NCBI GenBank assembly: GCA_019358915.1
Contig: JAHHIM010000010.1
Location: 32,001-96,000 of the forward strand
DNA: 64,000 nt
Source of the DNA: Trichormus sp. ATA11-4-KO1
GTDB lineage: Bacteria; Cyanobacteriota; Cyanobacteriia; Cyanobacteriales; Nostocaceae
Direction of reading: 5' to 3'
Below, in pieces: positions 31,463-41,926 of this stretch. Numbering within the stretch: the first letter of the stretch is position 1; the number at the start of each line of letters is the position of its first letter. The notes beneath the pieces are model-generated. The model was given only the letters and a program-made list of their open reading frames with translations. It was not told where the DNA came from and did not search any database. Both the position numbers and the translations under genes were made by a program.

Positions 31463-31516
31463 AGGGGACAAGGGGATAGGGGGACAAGGGGACAAGGGGA
31501 CAAGGGGACAAGGACA
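31463..31516. repeat. Octamer tandem repeat (AGGGGACA)n
   Basis: About 6 imperfect copies, with complementary CCCCATCCCCCACTGTCCCC nearby. Confidence 0.75.
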
Positions 31517-31633
31517 GATTACTAATATTAAGTTCTTCCCCCCATCCCCCACTGTCCCCAATTATTAATGTTGGGTTGGTCAATTTGATCGCTTAGAATA
31601 GGAAGGTTGTCAAGAATTGCGATATCCGCTATT

Positions 31634-31804
31634 ATGGCTGTCCCTAAGAAGAAAACATCCAAATCCAAACGAGATAAACGTCGAGCTACCTGGAGACACA
31701 AAGCTGCTGTCGAAGCTCAGAAAGCTCTATCCCTAGGCAAGTCAATTTTGACTGGACGTTCTACCTTTGTTTATCCAACGGCTGAAGAAGAGGAAGAATC
31801 ATAA
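31634..31804 (+). CDS. rpmF: 50S ribosomal protein L32
   Basis: [20 protein letters not shown]. Confidence 0.97.
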   Translation: MAVPKKKTSKSKRDKRRATWRHKAAVEAQKALSLGKSILTGRSTFVYPTAEEEEES

Positions 31805-32125
31805 TTTGCCAGTGAGGAAAAGCTTCTGTCCAGATTACTCACTACTGTATAAGGGCTTTTCTAATTACAGAAAAATACCTTCGCCAAGATTCGACACCTG
31901 GTCAGGGTGCGGCTATACAAACAAAGGCTGCTTTTCCAGTCTGTAAGGATTTCAGCCCACTTGTGTGGGCTTTGTACGTATAGCCACATGGGTGAAGACA
32001 GTGTTGATTGTTCAAAGACCTGAAGGAACTGGCGTTTATACTCAGGAAGGAAGCACCTTTGCTCTGGTGGGCGTTTCACAAAGTTGGCGAAGGTATAGAA
32101 TCAAAAGACTTATTTTTCTGAAGAG

Positions 32126-32428
32126 ATGCCAGGAAAATTTTTTCAGAAACCAAATGAAGAAGAGAGCGATCGCGTCCCCCCAGGTCAACACTTGGCGAAG
32201 GGCTTTCCTGTATTAACCTACGGCGCAACGCCTCAAGTTAGTACAGAAGAATGGGAGTTTAGGGTTTGGGGGTTGGCAAAACCTGCTGTCTTTACTTGGT
32301 CAGATTTGATGGCACTACCTCAACATGAGTTTACAGCCGATTTTCACTGTGTCACGCGCTGGTCAAAACTTAATGTCAAGTGGACTGGCATTAAGGTGAC
32401 AGATTTTAGGAGTCTAATTCAAGGGTAA
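32126..32428 (+). pseudogene. Truncated sulfite-oxidase-like molybdopterin oxidoreductase
   Basis: RVPPGQ, DFHCVTRWS, WTG motifs, but stops at 100 aa; C-terminal half not found. Confidence 0.8.
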
Positions 32429-32528
32429 GTTATGGAAGCGAATAGCATACTGCACTGACGAGTGGTAGTGCTTTGAAGTTACTGGTAAGGTGTTTAGAGT
32501 TGAAGCTACAGTATTCGTATCGATTGAT

Positions 32529-33128
32529 ATGGAAGAGTATTTGAAGGTTAGTGAAGTCATCGACTGGCAGCATCCCAAAATTATGGAACGCGCCAAACAA
32601 ATCTCACTGGGATGTGCGACCCCAATAGCGATCGCAAAAGCGTGTTTTGAGTGGGTGCGAGACGAAATATGTCACAGTTTTGACTATCAAATGAATCCTT
32701 TGACTTGCCGAGCTTCAGATGTGCTTCAACACAAAACAGGTTATTGCTACGCTAAGAGTCATTTGCTGGCAGCACTGTTACGAGCAAAGCAGATTCCCAC
32801 AGGATTTTGTTATCAGAGGTTGAGTATTGATGATAAAGGTGCGCCGTACAGTTTGCACGGTTTCAATGCAATCCATTTGCCTGAAGTTGGTTGGTATAGG
32901 GTTGATGCAAGAGGCAACAAAGAAGGAGTCAACGCTCAGTTCACTCCACCTCAAGAGCAGTTAGCGTATAAAATTCAGTTTCCTGAAGAGGCAGATTTTC
33001 CAGCGATCTTTGCCGAACCGCTCCCAATTATCGTAGAAGCGTTGCAAGCACAGAGTACATGGGATGAGATGCTTCGCAACCTTCCAGACATTTCGTTGGA
33101 TTCAGCAAAAAGTTATGGGTTGGTGTGA
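32529..33128 (+). CDS. Transglutaminase-like family protein
   Basis: GYCYAKSHL (Cys), LHGFN (His), WYRVD (Asp) triad. Confidence 0.92.
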   Translation: MEEYLKVSEVIDWQHPKIMERAKQISLGCATPIAIAKACFEWVRDEICHSFDYQMNPLTCRASDVLQHKTGYCYAKSHLLAALLRAKQIPTGFCYQRLSIDDKGAPYSLHGFNAIHLPEVGWYRVDARGNKEGVNAQFTPPQEQLAYKIQFPEEADFPAIFAEPLPIIVEALQAQSTWDEMLRNLPDISLDSAKSYGLV

Positions 33129-33178
33129 TAGATATTGAGTGCGTGCAAGGCAGCATTGGAAAACACAATATCGTAGGA

Positions 33179-33210
33179 GCGATCACCTACGGTGGGGCGT
33201 AGCCCATCGC
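33179..33210. repeat. 24-nt small dispersed repeat inserted inside a HIP1 site
   Basis: GCG-[ATCACCTACGGTGGGGCGTAGCCC]-ATCGC. Confidence 0.65.
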
Positions 33211-33612
33211 GTTACACGTTAGAGCCATTACGTGTAATTAGTGACTATATATTATTGATGTAACGTTGAGCTTTTTTGGCATTGAGCCTATATGTAGCGA
33301 CCTGAAAAATACAGAGAATATGATTGGCAAGGACGCTCAATAAAATATCATCGCGCCCAGATTAGAAAGTTTTTTGGATTCATAGAAATCAAAGTTAAGG
33401 ATTTAAATGTTCGCGTAGTGGCTCCCGATTGGCGCATCGTGGTGAGTTATTTAAATAAATTAAGCAATCCGATCGCCTTTGTCAGTCGTCATCAGAATAG
33501 ATCGCATTTTTCAGAGGAAAGAGTTACTTGTTTTAGTCTTGGAGAGAGGTGATGGCAAGAAGTCTATCTCTAACTTGCTCCGGTATCTGTTCAAACCTGT
33601 TTTTGACACAGC

Positions 33613-34218
33613 ATGGAGCCTAAACTTCCCGAATCGAATTCCTCAGAGCTTTCATCTGCTACGGATGAAGCTTTGTTTGTGGCACTCAAAAATGGCAACT
33701 CCTCGGCACTAAGCATTTTGTTCAATCGTCATGGTCGTCTGGTTTATGGATTAGCTCTGAAAATTTTGGCTAACTCGCAAGAAGCCGAAGATTTAACTCA
33801 GGAAATTTTTCTCACCCTGTGGCGAAAAGCATCTAGCAATCCAGATTGTCGCTTTTTTGTGCGCTATCTGGTAACGATAACGCGATCGCGGGCGATTGAT
33901 AAACTACGCGAGCGCAGCAGACAACTCAAACTTGTGGAACGGTGGGGACAAACAATGACAAGCGAAGCAACACCTTCTCCAACTCCTGTTGATCAAGCAA
34001 CTTTTGCCGAGCGAGCAGGGCGAATTTACAATGCTCTGGCACAACTCCCAGAAAAGCAACGCCATGTCATCGAATTGGCTTATAACCAAGGATTAAGTCA
34101 GTCAGAAATTGCTAAACAGCTTGATATTCCTCTCGGCACAGTTAAAACCTGTACTCGCCAGGGATTACTAAAACTCAAGCGCATCTTACTAGATTCTGAT
34201 TTATTAATGTATGAATAA
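33613..34218 (+). CDS. ECF sigma factor (SigK-like)
   Basis: AEDLTQEIF, RAIDKLR, LPEKQR...IPLGTVKT. Confidence 0.93.
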   Translation: MEPKLPESNSSELSSATDEALFVALKNGNSSALSILFNRHGRLVYGLALKILANSQEAEDLTQEIFLTLWRKASSNPDCRFFVRYLVTITRSRAIDKLRERSRQLKLVERWGQTMTSEATPSPTPVDQATFAERAGRIYNALAQLPEKQRHVIELAYNQGLSQSEIAKQLDIPLGTVKTCTRQGLLKLKRILLDSDLLMYE

Positions 34219-35017
34219 ATCTTTTGATCCCGAACACATCAAAAACTTGGCTGCGGGGTTTGTCGTTGATGATCTTACCCCTGAAGAAGCTGAAGAGTTT
34301 CGGCTATTACTTGATGAGCATCCAGAACTTGTAGTTGAAATAGAAGATTTACAGGAAGTTTTGCGACAAGTTTTAGATGGTTTCACCGAAGTAGAAGCTC
34401 CAGCGCATTTACTACCAAAAATTCTAGAACAAGCTGAAGCTTCGACCAGACAAGCTACTGAGGTCAACCGATATTCTACAGGAGTCACTAAGCGATCGCC
34501 TCGACAGTGGACAAGAATCGCTGGTAGTATCGCCGCGTTGTTTGTGGTAATTCTAGGGGTCGATAACTATCGGCTACGTCAAAATCTGGGTATTGTCACA
34601 GCAGACAACCAGCGTTTACGCCAGGATTTTGCCCAAGCTCAAGTGGTGAAGACCATGCTCCAAGATTACGAAACGCGACTGTTTACTTTTCAAGGAGTCA
34701 ACTCAGCAGATGTTGCCTCAGGAAGTATGATTATCAATCCGGAGCAACAAAAAGCGGTGATGGTTTTCCAAAATCTTCCCGCCCCACCTCCTGGTCATGT
34801 TTACTTATTATGGACAGTTGTTGCTAGCGAGAAGTTACCCTGCGGTGAAGTCAAGCCTTATTCATGGGGAAATGCTGCCTATGAATTACCGTTTACTCCT
34901 CAAATGTACAGAGAATTTTATCATCCACAATTTTCTGGGCTAGTTGTCACTTTGGAGACAGACCCAAATGTTTCTCGTCCTACCGGAACTGTGGTCATGC
35001 AAAGTTCACAAATTTAA
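34211..35017 (+). CDS. Anti-sigma factor (RskA-like)
   Basis: Overlaps the sigma gene; TM helix; NLPAPPPGHVYLLW, VTLE...PTG. Confidence 0.9.
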   Translation: MNKSFDPEHIKNLAAGFVVDDLTPEEAEEFRLLLDEHPELVVEIEDLQEVLRQVLDGFTEVEAPAHLLPKILEQAEASTRQATEVNRYSTGVTKRSPRQWTRIAGSIAALFVVILGVDNYRLRQNLGIVTADNQRLRQDFAQAQVVKTMLQDYETRLFTFQGVNSADVASGSMIINPEQQKAVMVFQNLPAPPPGHVYLLWTVVASEKLPCGEVKPYSWGNAAYELPFTPQMYREFYHPQFSGLVVTLETDPNVSRPTGTVVMQSSQI

Positions 35018-35068
35018 TCATCTAGGACTTACGCAAAAACTTTCTCAACGAGTTGAGAAACGGAATAA

Positions 35069-35198
35069 TAAGTAAGTAGACATACTTCAATATAAGATAA
35101 ATTTTTGTTTGTAGTGAGCGATTTAGCGCTTGCTTACAAGGTTTTAAAGAGCTAGATCCCTGACTACGAACTTTTATTTTATTAAGTCTTACTACTTA
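35069..35198. mobile_element. TA-flanked MITE related to the 11486/60093 family
   Basis: TA|AGTAAGTAGAC...GTCTTACTACT|TA. A lone TAGGACTTACGCA end lies just upstream (35023-35035). Confidence 0.55.
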
Positions 35199-35624
35199 AT
35201 AAAAACTTTGGCGATTAAGCTCGACTTTATCCATTTTTTTCGCAACGCGATTGCCCAAGCTGAAACCTATGTGGGACGGTAGTTTTATTCTTTGAACTTC
35301 ATCGATACTCTGTGACGTAGAAAAAGTATTTGCCAAAAAGACAGGATTTTTGCCAGATAAAGAAATCGAGTTCTTAATTTTGGATAAAGTCGAGTTAAGA
35401 GGATGTTTAAAAAGTCCGAGAGGGTATAATTTTGTCATTCTGAGCGAAGCGTAAAGCCCTGACGAGCATAGCTGCGTTTACCGCGTCAGCGTTCCGCATT
35501 AGTGGTTGAAATTTCTGAGAAAAATTACTTGTGTGCTCTATTTATTGTTAACAGTTCTCTCTGCCAAACGGTTAATTGAGCATCACAAGTAGGTCATATT
35601 ATTTTTGGAACAAAAACATTAATA

Positions 35625-36035
35625 CTAGCTTTTATCAACTGTGTAGAGTGTATCTAAATCTCTGAGATAGTAAAGAGTAAAGCAAGCAGCCAACATCGGC
35701 CAGGCGGCGAAAAACAGCAAATTCTCAAAAGGATCAAAGTATTGCCGAAAGGACGCGAAGGTAGAAACAGAATGGAAAAACAGCACTAGTAAATAAGTCC
35801 ACCGCTTTTGGAAACCTGCTACAAATCCCAAAATGATCACTAGCTGAATCGCCCCAATGATGTAAATCGGTAAATTGCTCAGTCCACCAATAAAATAAAA
35901 ATTCTTGAAAACTGCTGCTGCATGGTCAGGTTTCACAAATTTGTCTAAAGTCCACATCAACATCACAAGAAACACGCTCAGTCGCAGCAAGAGCAAAGCA
36001 ACAGCAATTCGGCGATCGCTACTCATAAGACTCAT
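35625..36035 (-). CDS. DoxX-like membrane protein
   Basis: LLLRLS...WTLDKF; four TM helices. Confidence 0.75.
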   Translation of the reverse strand: MSLMSSDRRIAVALLLLRLSVFLVMLMWTLDKFVKPDHAAAVFKNFYFIGGLSNLPIYIIGAIQLVIILGFVAGFQKRWTYLLVLFFHSVSTFASFRQYFDPFENLLFFAAWPMLAACFTLYYLRDLDTLYTVDKS

Positions 36036-36367
36036 ATTACTTCTTCTTATACTTCTTGAGTTAAGTAAAACTTGTTTGGTGTCAGTTTTGTATCATCACA
36101 TGAATTCTAGTCTTTTTTAGGGAAATATTATTATAAGATTTCATTATTGGTCTTTTTTAACCTTATATCTTTTTAATCAAGACACAGTGCCGACAGCACG
36201 AAAAGTATCTGTCGTAACTGGTTTTATGATTTGTAATCAATCACAGTTCGGCACTTGTTAAAGGTCAAAGATCAAAGGAATCGCGATCGCTGGATTGCTT
36301 CTGGTGTCACCTTTGATGGTCAATTAGTGAGTCGTTATAGAAGACGCTGATATGTCTGAAAGCGTCA

Positions 36368-36973
36368 TCAAAAGTTTTTTGCAGTACAGGTAACTGGATC
36401 GAATTCAAATCGCTGTTCGTAGTTTGTTTCGCCATACAAATTGAAGCTAATTGTTGGTTCATCACCGAGTGCTTCAACACTATGAATTGCATCTGGCATC
36501 AAGCTAATAATTTCTCCTGGAGATAAAATAATCTCCCCGATTTTTTCAATACCGCCGTTATTATCAGTCCGTCTCCACAGCGTATTTTTTTCTGCTCCAT
36601 TAATCAGTGCGACAACTCCCCAGGTAGCATGATTATGAATTGGTGATACTCTTCCTGGTAACCAAGCGACTGTCTGCACCGTCAAGGGAAAATTCGGCTC
36701 ATCATAGAGAGTGAGTACTGACCAGCCTGTTTCTGGATCTGGTTCGAGATATTCACCTTGCAACCAATCCGAACTGGTCAATAAGCGACGTACTAGGGGA
36801 CAAATCGCTTGCAGTCGGTGGCGATCGCTCTTGAATTTATCGAGAATATCTTCGATATCTGTTAAAAATCGATAGAGGCGATATTGAACTGCCGATAATT
36901 CTAAATTATCTGCCGATTCTTCCCAGGCTTCGCACTTGCCATCATCTGTCACTAACCAATCTTGACTTACCAT
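36368..36973 (-). CDS. Cupin (cysteine dioxygenase-like) protein
   Basis: SPIHNHATWG and DAIHSVE metal motifs. Confidence 0.85.
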   Translation of the reverse strand: MVSQDWLVTDDGKCEAWEESADNLELSAVQYRLYRFLTDIEDILDKFKSDRHRLQAICPLVRRLLTSSDWLQGEYLEPDPETGWSVLTLYDEPNFPLTVQTVAWLPGRVSPIHNHATWGVVALINGAEKNTLWRRTDNNGGIEKIGEIILSPGEIISLMPDAIHSVEALGDEPTISFNLYGETNYEQRFEFDPVTCTAKNF

Positions 36974-37037
36974 ATCTTTTAAAAACTCAAGAACCGTTGT
37001 ATCTGAACAGCCACAGGACTAAAGCTCTATTACGAAT

Positions 37038-37240
37038 GGCGTTGCTGATTAATGGGATGAATTTTATTTCGCGCAAAGGCAAGCCAGTGCTTTGGTGAGG
37101 CAGTCCGGTCTTGGGGGTTTCCCCCAGGAGGAACTGCCGAAAGGGTTTCCCGACTTGTAGCAACTGGCGCGCAAAGTCGCAAAGAATCTAGGTTTATCCT
37201 TGGCAAATTATCTCAATTCATCCCGCATTTATGCAACGCC
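37038..37240. mobile_element. MITE with GGCGTTGC termini and 8-bp target duplication, carrying nested SDRs
   Basis: TTACGAAT|GGCGTTGCTGATTAATGGGATGAATT...AATTCATCCCGCATTTATGCAACGCC|TTACGAAT. Confidence 0.88.
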
Positions 37241-37263
37241 TTACGAATTAAGCATTATTTTGG

Positions 37264-37557
37264 TTACTTGGCTTCAAATTCTGCATCAATTTGCTGGTAA
37301 TATTCCTCATCTGTGCCCAGTTCACGACGTTCTACAAATTCCATATTGGGAGTAGACAGCAGTTCGTCATCTGTCTCAAGTTCTGCATGAAGTTGTTGAT
37401 TATGGTCTTCCATTTCAGCTTCTATGTAAGCTGGGATTTCCTCGACATTTGGTTTACTTTTATACATAGCAGCAAATTTCATTTAATGGTGTTCAAGAGG
37501 CTCGATTTCCCAAGTAACTATATTTTGCTTTCACCAAAAGCGGTTGCGGAAGTTCAT
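37264..37557 (-). pseudogene. Degraded acidic ORF of unknown family
   Basis: The 72-aa ORF is extended in frame upstream by MNFRNRFW*KQNIVTWEIEPLEHH* with two stops. Confidence 0.35.
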
Positions 37558-37654
37558 CTTAACCTCTAAGACAGAGTAATGGTCAACTTGCGGAACTGAT
37601 TTCCAGATAAAAAATATCCCACAATTATTTTTCAAGATGGAATAATTTAACTTG

Positions 37655-37683
37655 GTAGGTGCGTTACACTGTGTTAACGCACC
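37655..37683. repeat. GTAG-type REP hairpin, possible terminator for ppx
   Basis: GTAGGTGCGTTA-CACTGTGT-TAACGCACC. Confidence 0.55.
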
Positions 37684-37700
37684 AAAATCTCTTGCTGTAA

Positions 37701-39350
37701 CTAGATTTTGTCAAAAAGAGATTGTGTTAAATTTGCCACTAATTTAACATTAAACTCAGCCTCAAATACTCCTTTTTTGTAATCTAAACTCCAAAGTTCT
37801 AAGGCACAGTCATCATCAGGGCGAGAGGGAAAAATCAACATTTTAAATTCCTGATATTCAGGAAGATAATCACACTGCACTCGGGCGATCGCGCCAATTT
37901 GTCGTCTATCTAAAGCTACTGCCAATCGCAAAATAGCACTCAATTGATTGACTATTTGTCGGTGGTTTTTACTAAGCAGATTCCGGTAATTTTCGTGCTT
38001 CTTCTTGGGTTGTGATTTGCGATGATAACGCGCTAAGTTGGCAATGATTTCGATCTCGGTTTCGGTATAGCCGAGTAATTCACCATTGCGAACTAAATAA
38101 TATGAGTGCTTGTGGTGAGCCGAATGGCTGACATAATGACCACAATTATGTAATATTGCAGCTGCCCACAGTAGTTGCCGCTCGTCTGCACCCCAGTTGT
38201 GAAGGAGGCCTTGAGTTTGGTCAAATAAACTCAGGGCAAATAAGGCCACGCGATCGCTATGTTCGAGATTAATGTGGTACTTGTGAGCCTGTTTAAGTAC
38301 ACTTCGTTGGCGGACTGAACCTTGATAGCGTAGTCTATCTTCAATTAAACCGTGGGCTAGCATCCAGTCTACAATCACGCCTTCCCGGAGGGCACGTCCG
38401 CACACTGTGACTGATTCCACACCTAACAAAGTCATGGCTTCCTGTAAGATGACAGCGCCAGCCAATATCACTTCCGACCGCTTATCTGGCATACCGGGTA
38501 TGTGAGATATTTCTGAGTTCGTCATTTTCCGCAAGCGATTTACCCACTCTCGCAAGTCTTTGAGGCTGAACTGGTAACCATTGAGGGTGGAAGGAACAGT
38601 ATCTGAATTTTCCCGTGCATTGATCATTGCCAGGGTTTCAATTGTGCCAGAGGTGCCGATCAAACGAGGAGATTCACCAAACTGGATGTTTGCTAACACC
38701 TCTTCCACGGAACGTTCTAACATACCGCGTGTATAGGCTTGCAGGTATTGAAACTCGGCTTCACTGATGGGGTCAGTGGTGATTAATTCGCTGGTGAGTC
38801 GGACTGCACCAACTTTGGTACTGGTGAGACTACGCGCTTCTTGACTGTCCCCCAAAATTAATTCTGTGGAACCGCCGCCAATATCGACAATAATGTGAGG
38901 TTGGTTGTGAAATTCTATCCCCGACAGCACGCCTAGGTAGATGCGTCGCGCTTCTTCTTGACCGGAAATCAAGTCAACGCTTAAACCCAACTCATCTTCT
39001 ACCCTGTGTAAAAAATCTCTACCATTGGGGGCTTCTCGCACCGCACTAGTCGCTACAGCCACAATTGTTTCCGCATTGGCAGTTTTCGCAACTTCTTGGA
39101 AGCGTCTGAGGGCAACCATCGCTTTGTTAATTGTCTCTGGTTTTAGTTCTCCGGTGACGATATTGCGATCGCCTAATCTCACAGTTTCTTTTTCTTTGGC
39201 AATAATGCTAAACGATGGTAGCGTCGGGTCAATTTTTACTACTACCATATGCAGAGAATTTGTTCCCAAGTCAATGGCAGCAATAATCCGGTGTTGCTTA
39301 ACTGGTTGAGTACTAACACTCTCCCAGCTAGCTGAAACTAAATTCAGCAT
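37701..39350 (-). CDS. ppx: Exopolyphosphatase Ppx/GppA
   Basis: IDLGTNS, ATSAVREA, GQEEA, DIGGGSTE, LREG and HD-like C-domain. Confidence 0.96.
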   Translation of the reverse strand: MLNLVSASWESVSTQPVKQHRIIAAIDLGTNSLHMVVVKIDPTLPSFSIIAKEKETVRLGDRNIVTGELKPETINKAMVALRRFQEVAKTANAETIVAVATSAVREAPNGRDFLHRVEDELGLSVDLISGQEEARRIYLGVLSGIEFHNQPHIIVDIGGGSTELILGDSQEARSLTSTKVGAVRLTSELITTDPISEAEFQYLQAYTRGMLERSVEEVLANIQFGESPRLIGTSGTIETLAMINARENSDTVPSTLNGYQFSLKDLREWVNRLRKMTNSEISHIPGMPDKRSEVILAGAVILQEAMTLLGVESVTVCGRALREGVIVDWMLAHGLIEDRLRYQGSVRQRSVLKQAHKYHINLEHSDRVALFALSLFDQTQGLLHNWGADERQLLWAAAILHNCGHYVSHSAHHKHSYYLVRNGELLGYTETEIEIIANLARYHRKSQPKKKHENYRNLLSKNHRQIVNQLSAILRLAVALDRRQIGAIARVQCDYLPEYQEFKMLIFPSRPDDDCALELWSLDYKKGVFEAEFNVKLVANLTQSLFDKI

Positions 39351-39466
39351 CTAGTTTTCTCTCAGTGAAGGAAGGACGGTAAAAGTTGGAGTGTCGGGAT
39401 GCTTGGCACTGGTAGATGTGCAAAAAATTTATTCTCGGTCTGACTTTGTGCAAAGGCGATCTAAAA

Positions 39467-39530
39467 AAGTGCTGAGTGCTGAGTGCTGAGTGCGCTCGCC
39501 CTGAGCGAAGTCGAAGGGGAGTGCTGAGTA
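39467..39530. repeat. STRR (GAGTGCT)n with inserted ~24-nt SDR
   Basis: GAGTGCTGAGTGC-GCTCGCCCTGAGCGAAGTCGAAGG-GGAGTGCTGAGT; same unit as 46925-47000. Confidence 0.8.
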
Positions 39531-39713
39531 ACAAATACTAGTCTCCAGTCTCTAGCCTCTTGTTAATTTGTTCAGGTGTACGCAGTTCCAGACGACTATT
39601 GAGGTACGTCTCAAGTGGCCACTGAGGCTGTAGTTTTACAAATATCAAATAATGTTATTCTATAGATGTAAAGATGTGTGAATTCATCTATCTAAAGTTA
39701 TTACTTGATTTCT

Positions 39714-40595
39714 ATGTTGAGTACGCCAGAACGCAACCAGGAACCTGTGTGGCTTGTCATTATCCGGCTTTTGCGGTGGCATAAACCAGAAGGACGATTA
39801 ATTTTAATGATTCCTGCCCTGTGGGCTGTATTTTTGGCAGCCTCTGGAAAACCGCCTTTGCCTTTGGTTGTTGTGATCGTCTTGGGTACTCTGGCTACAA
39901 GTGCAGTCGGTTGTGTAGTTAACGATTTGTGGGATCGGGATATTGATCCAGAAGTGGAGAGAACACGCGATCGCCCCTTTGCTTCCCGTGCCCTTTCAAT
40001 CAAAGTCGGAATTGTGGTGGCGATCGTGGCGCTGGCATGTGCAGCAGCTCTCGCGTTTTATCTTAACCCGCTTAGTTTCTGGTTATCTGTGGCTGCTGTG
40101 CCTATAATTATACTTTATCCAGGTGCAAAGCGGGTGTTTCCTGTGCCCCAACTAGTACTTTCCGTTGCTTGGGGTTTTGCCGTGTTGATTAGCTGGAGTG
40201 CGGTAACCCAAAACCTCTCCCCACCAACTTGGCTACTATGGGGGGCGACGGTACTATGGACATTGGGATTTGATACTGTTTATGCCATGAGCGATCGCGA
40301 AGATGATTGGCGTATTGGCATTAATTCCAGTGCCTTATTTTTTGGTAATTACGCCCCTATCGCCATTGAAATTTTCTTTGTCGGCACAATTTTTTTACTG
40401 GCTTGGTTAGGTGTTTTAATCCACCTTAATTTGGCCTTTTGGATCAGCCTAGCAATTGCTACTATTGGCTGGATTTGGCAGTGTTTCCGATTAAGTAATC
40501 AAGACTTACCCAACCCCGTGTATGGTAGGATCTTCCGACAAAATGTGTGGATTGGTTTTATCTTACTGGCGGGGATGATTGCTGGATCTTTGTAA
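39714..40595 (+). CDS. plqA: 4-hydroxybenzoate solanesyltransferase (UbiA family)
   Basis: NDLWDRDID...RTRDRP, YPGAKR, DTVYAMSDREDD; divergent from ppx. Confidence 0.93.
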   Translation: MLSTPERNQEPVWLVIIRLLRWHKPEGRLILMIPALWAVFLAASGKPPLPLVVVIVLGTLATSAVGCVVNDLWDRDIDPEVERTRDRPFASRALSIKVGIVVAIVALACAAALAFYLNPLSFWLSVAAVPIIILYPGAKRVFPVPQLVLSVAWGFAVLISWSAVTQNLSPPTWLLWGATVLWTLGFDTVYAMSDREDDWRIGINSSALFFGNYAPIAIEIFFVGTIFLLAWLGVLIHLNLAFWISLAIATIGWIWQCFRLSNQDLPNPVYGRIFRQNVWIGFILLAGMIAGSL

Positions 40596-40797
40596 TGGGA
40601 TATCTCAGTTTTTTGACACTCTCTGGTCTAAAGACGACGTATAGCCCCTACTTTCTTCACAATAGATTTACAATTAACCCGTATTTTCCCTGAATAGACA
40701 AAGTTTTTATCAATTTCTCTGGCATCATATCCGCAATCCTACGAATTTAGTTTAGTAGTTGGGTATATAACTATGAAATTTAGCTGTATCCAACTCG

Positions 40798-41376
40798 ATG
40801 AAGCGATCGCATCTTGTCAAAATAGCCATGATAGTTTTATTGTCTCTTGGCAGTCTTGGCGTTGTCGGGGGAAGTTTTTTTCTGAGAAAGGCTTTTAGCA
40901 GTAGTAGTCAGCCGGAAATGATTACTGATACAACTAAATACGCAGAAATACGCAAGTATTTATGGACTAATAATGACCAGATTAAACACTTTCCTCATGA
41001 GTTACCATCTGGTACAAAAAACGTTCGTATTGCTTATTTTCCAGGAATTTCACAGGGTAACAGTTATTTTCAAGTCAGGTTGAAACAGTCACCGGAAAAG
41101 ATAGAAAAATTACTTTCACAATACAGAAATATTGCTAAATATCAATACATAGGTGGTAGCACAAACGACCATGCTAACCAACCTAACGGTGTACCAACAA
41201 CGTTCTTCTACACCAGTGATTTCCCTGAGGAATCATTTCCAGCTAGCTACGAAATATTGGTATTAGATGCACAAGATAAAGGTACACCAGGCTTCAAGTG
41301 GAATCATGGTAATAGCTATGGTGTAGCTATTGATAGTTCAGCCTCAGAAATTATCTATTGGGCTGAAAAATGGTAA
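40798..41376 (+). CDS. Hypothetical exported/membrane-anchored protein
   Basis: N-terminal hydrophobic helix; IKHFP, WNHG, IIYWAEKW. Confidence 0.7.
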   Translation: MKRSHLVKIAMIVLLSLGSLGVVGGSFFLRKAFSSSSQPEMITDTTKYAEIRKYLWTNNDQIKHFPHELPSGTKNVRIAYFPGISQGNSYFQVRLKQSPEKIEKLLSQYRNIAKYQYIGGSTNDHANQPNGVPTTFFYTSDFPEESFPASYEILVLDAQDKGTPGFKWNHGNSYGVAIDSSASEIIYWAEKW

Positions 41377-41389
41377 GAAACAATTCAAA

Positions 41390-41896
41390 ATGAGGAAAAT
41401 TATTATTGGAGTGATGGGGCCGGGAGAACAGGCTACAGCCAATGATTTACAAAATGCCTATGAATTAGGTAAACTTATCGCCCAACAAGGATGGATTTTG
41501 TTGACTGGTGGTAGGAATGTCGGGGTAATGGATGCAGCTAGTCGAGGAGCAAAATCTGCTGATGGTTTAACTATTGGCATGCTTCCCAACGCTCATGAAG
41601 ATGGTATTTCTGAGGCGGTGGATATTGCCATTTTTACAGACATGGGCAATGCTCGCAACAATATTAATGTTCTTACTAGTGATGTAGTAATTGCCTGCGG
41701 TATGGGTGCAGGTACGGCTTCTGAGATAGCCTTGGCTTTGAAAGCAAAAAAGCCAGTAATTTTGTTGAATGAAGATGAAGCCAGCAAAGTTTTCTTTGAG
41801 AAAATATCGCCAGAAAAAGTTTATATTGTTGCAAGTGTCGAGGAGGCGATCGCCAAAGCTATTACTATTGTTAAAGCTCTCACGACAAACCTTTAA
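41390..41896 (+). CDS. LOG/SLOG family (TIGR00725-like) Rossmann-fold protein
   Basis: IGVMG, TGG..GVMDAASRGA, ARNNIN, GAGTASE. Confidence 0.9.
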   Translation: MRKIIIGVMGPGEQATANDLQNAYELGKLIAQQGWILLTGGRNVGVMDAASRGAKSADGLTIGMLPNAHEDGISEAVDIAIFTDMGNARNNINVLTSDVVIACGMGAGTASEIALALKAKKPVILLNEDEASKVFFEKISPEKVYIVASVEEAIAKAITIVKALTTNL

Positions 41897-41926
41897 TTAT
41901 CTTAGATAGACTACTGATAGCTACTT

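Noticed and set aside
40612..40640. TTGACACTCTCTGGTCTAAAGAC resembling an IS200/IS605 end
   Set aside because: Only a short fragment, with no complete hairpin and no tnpA/tnpB.
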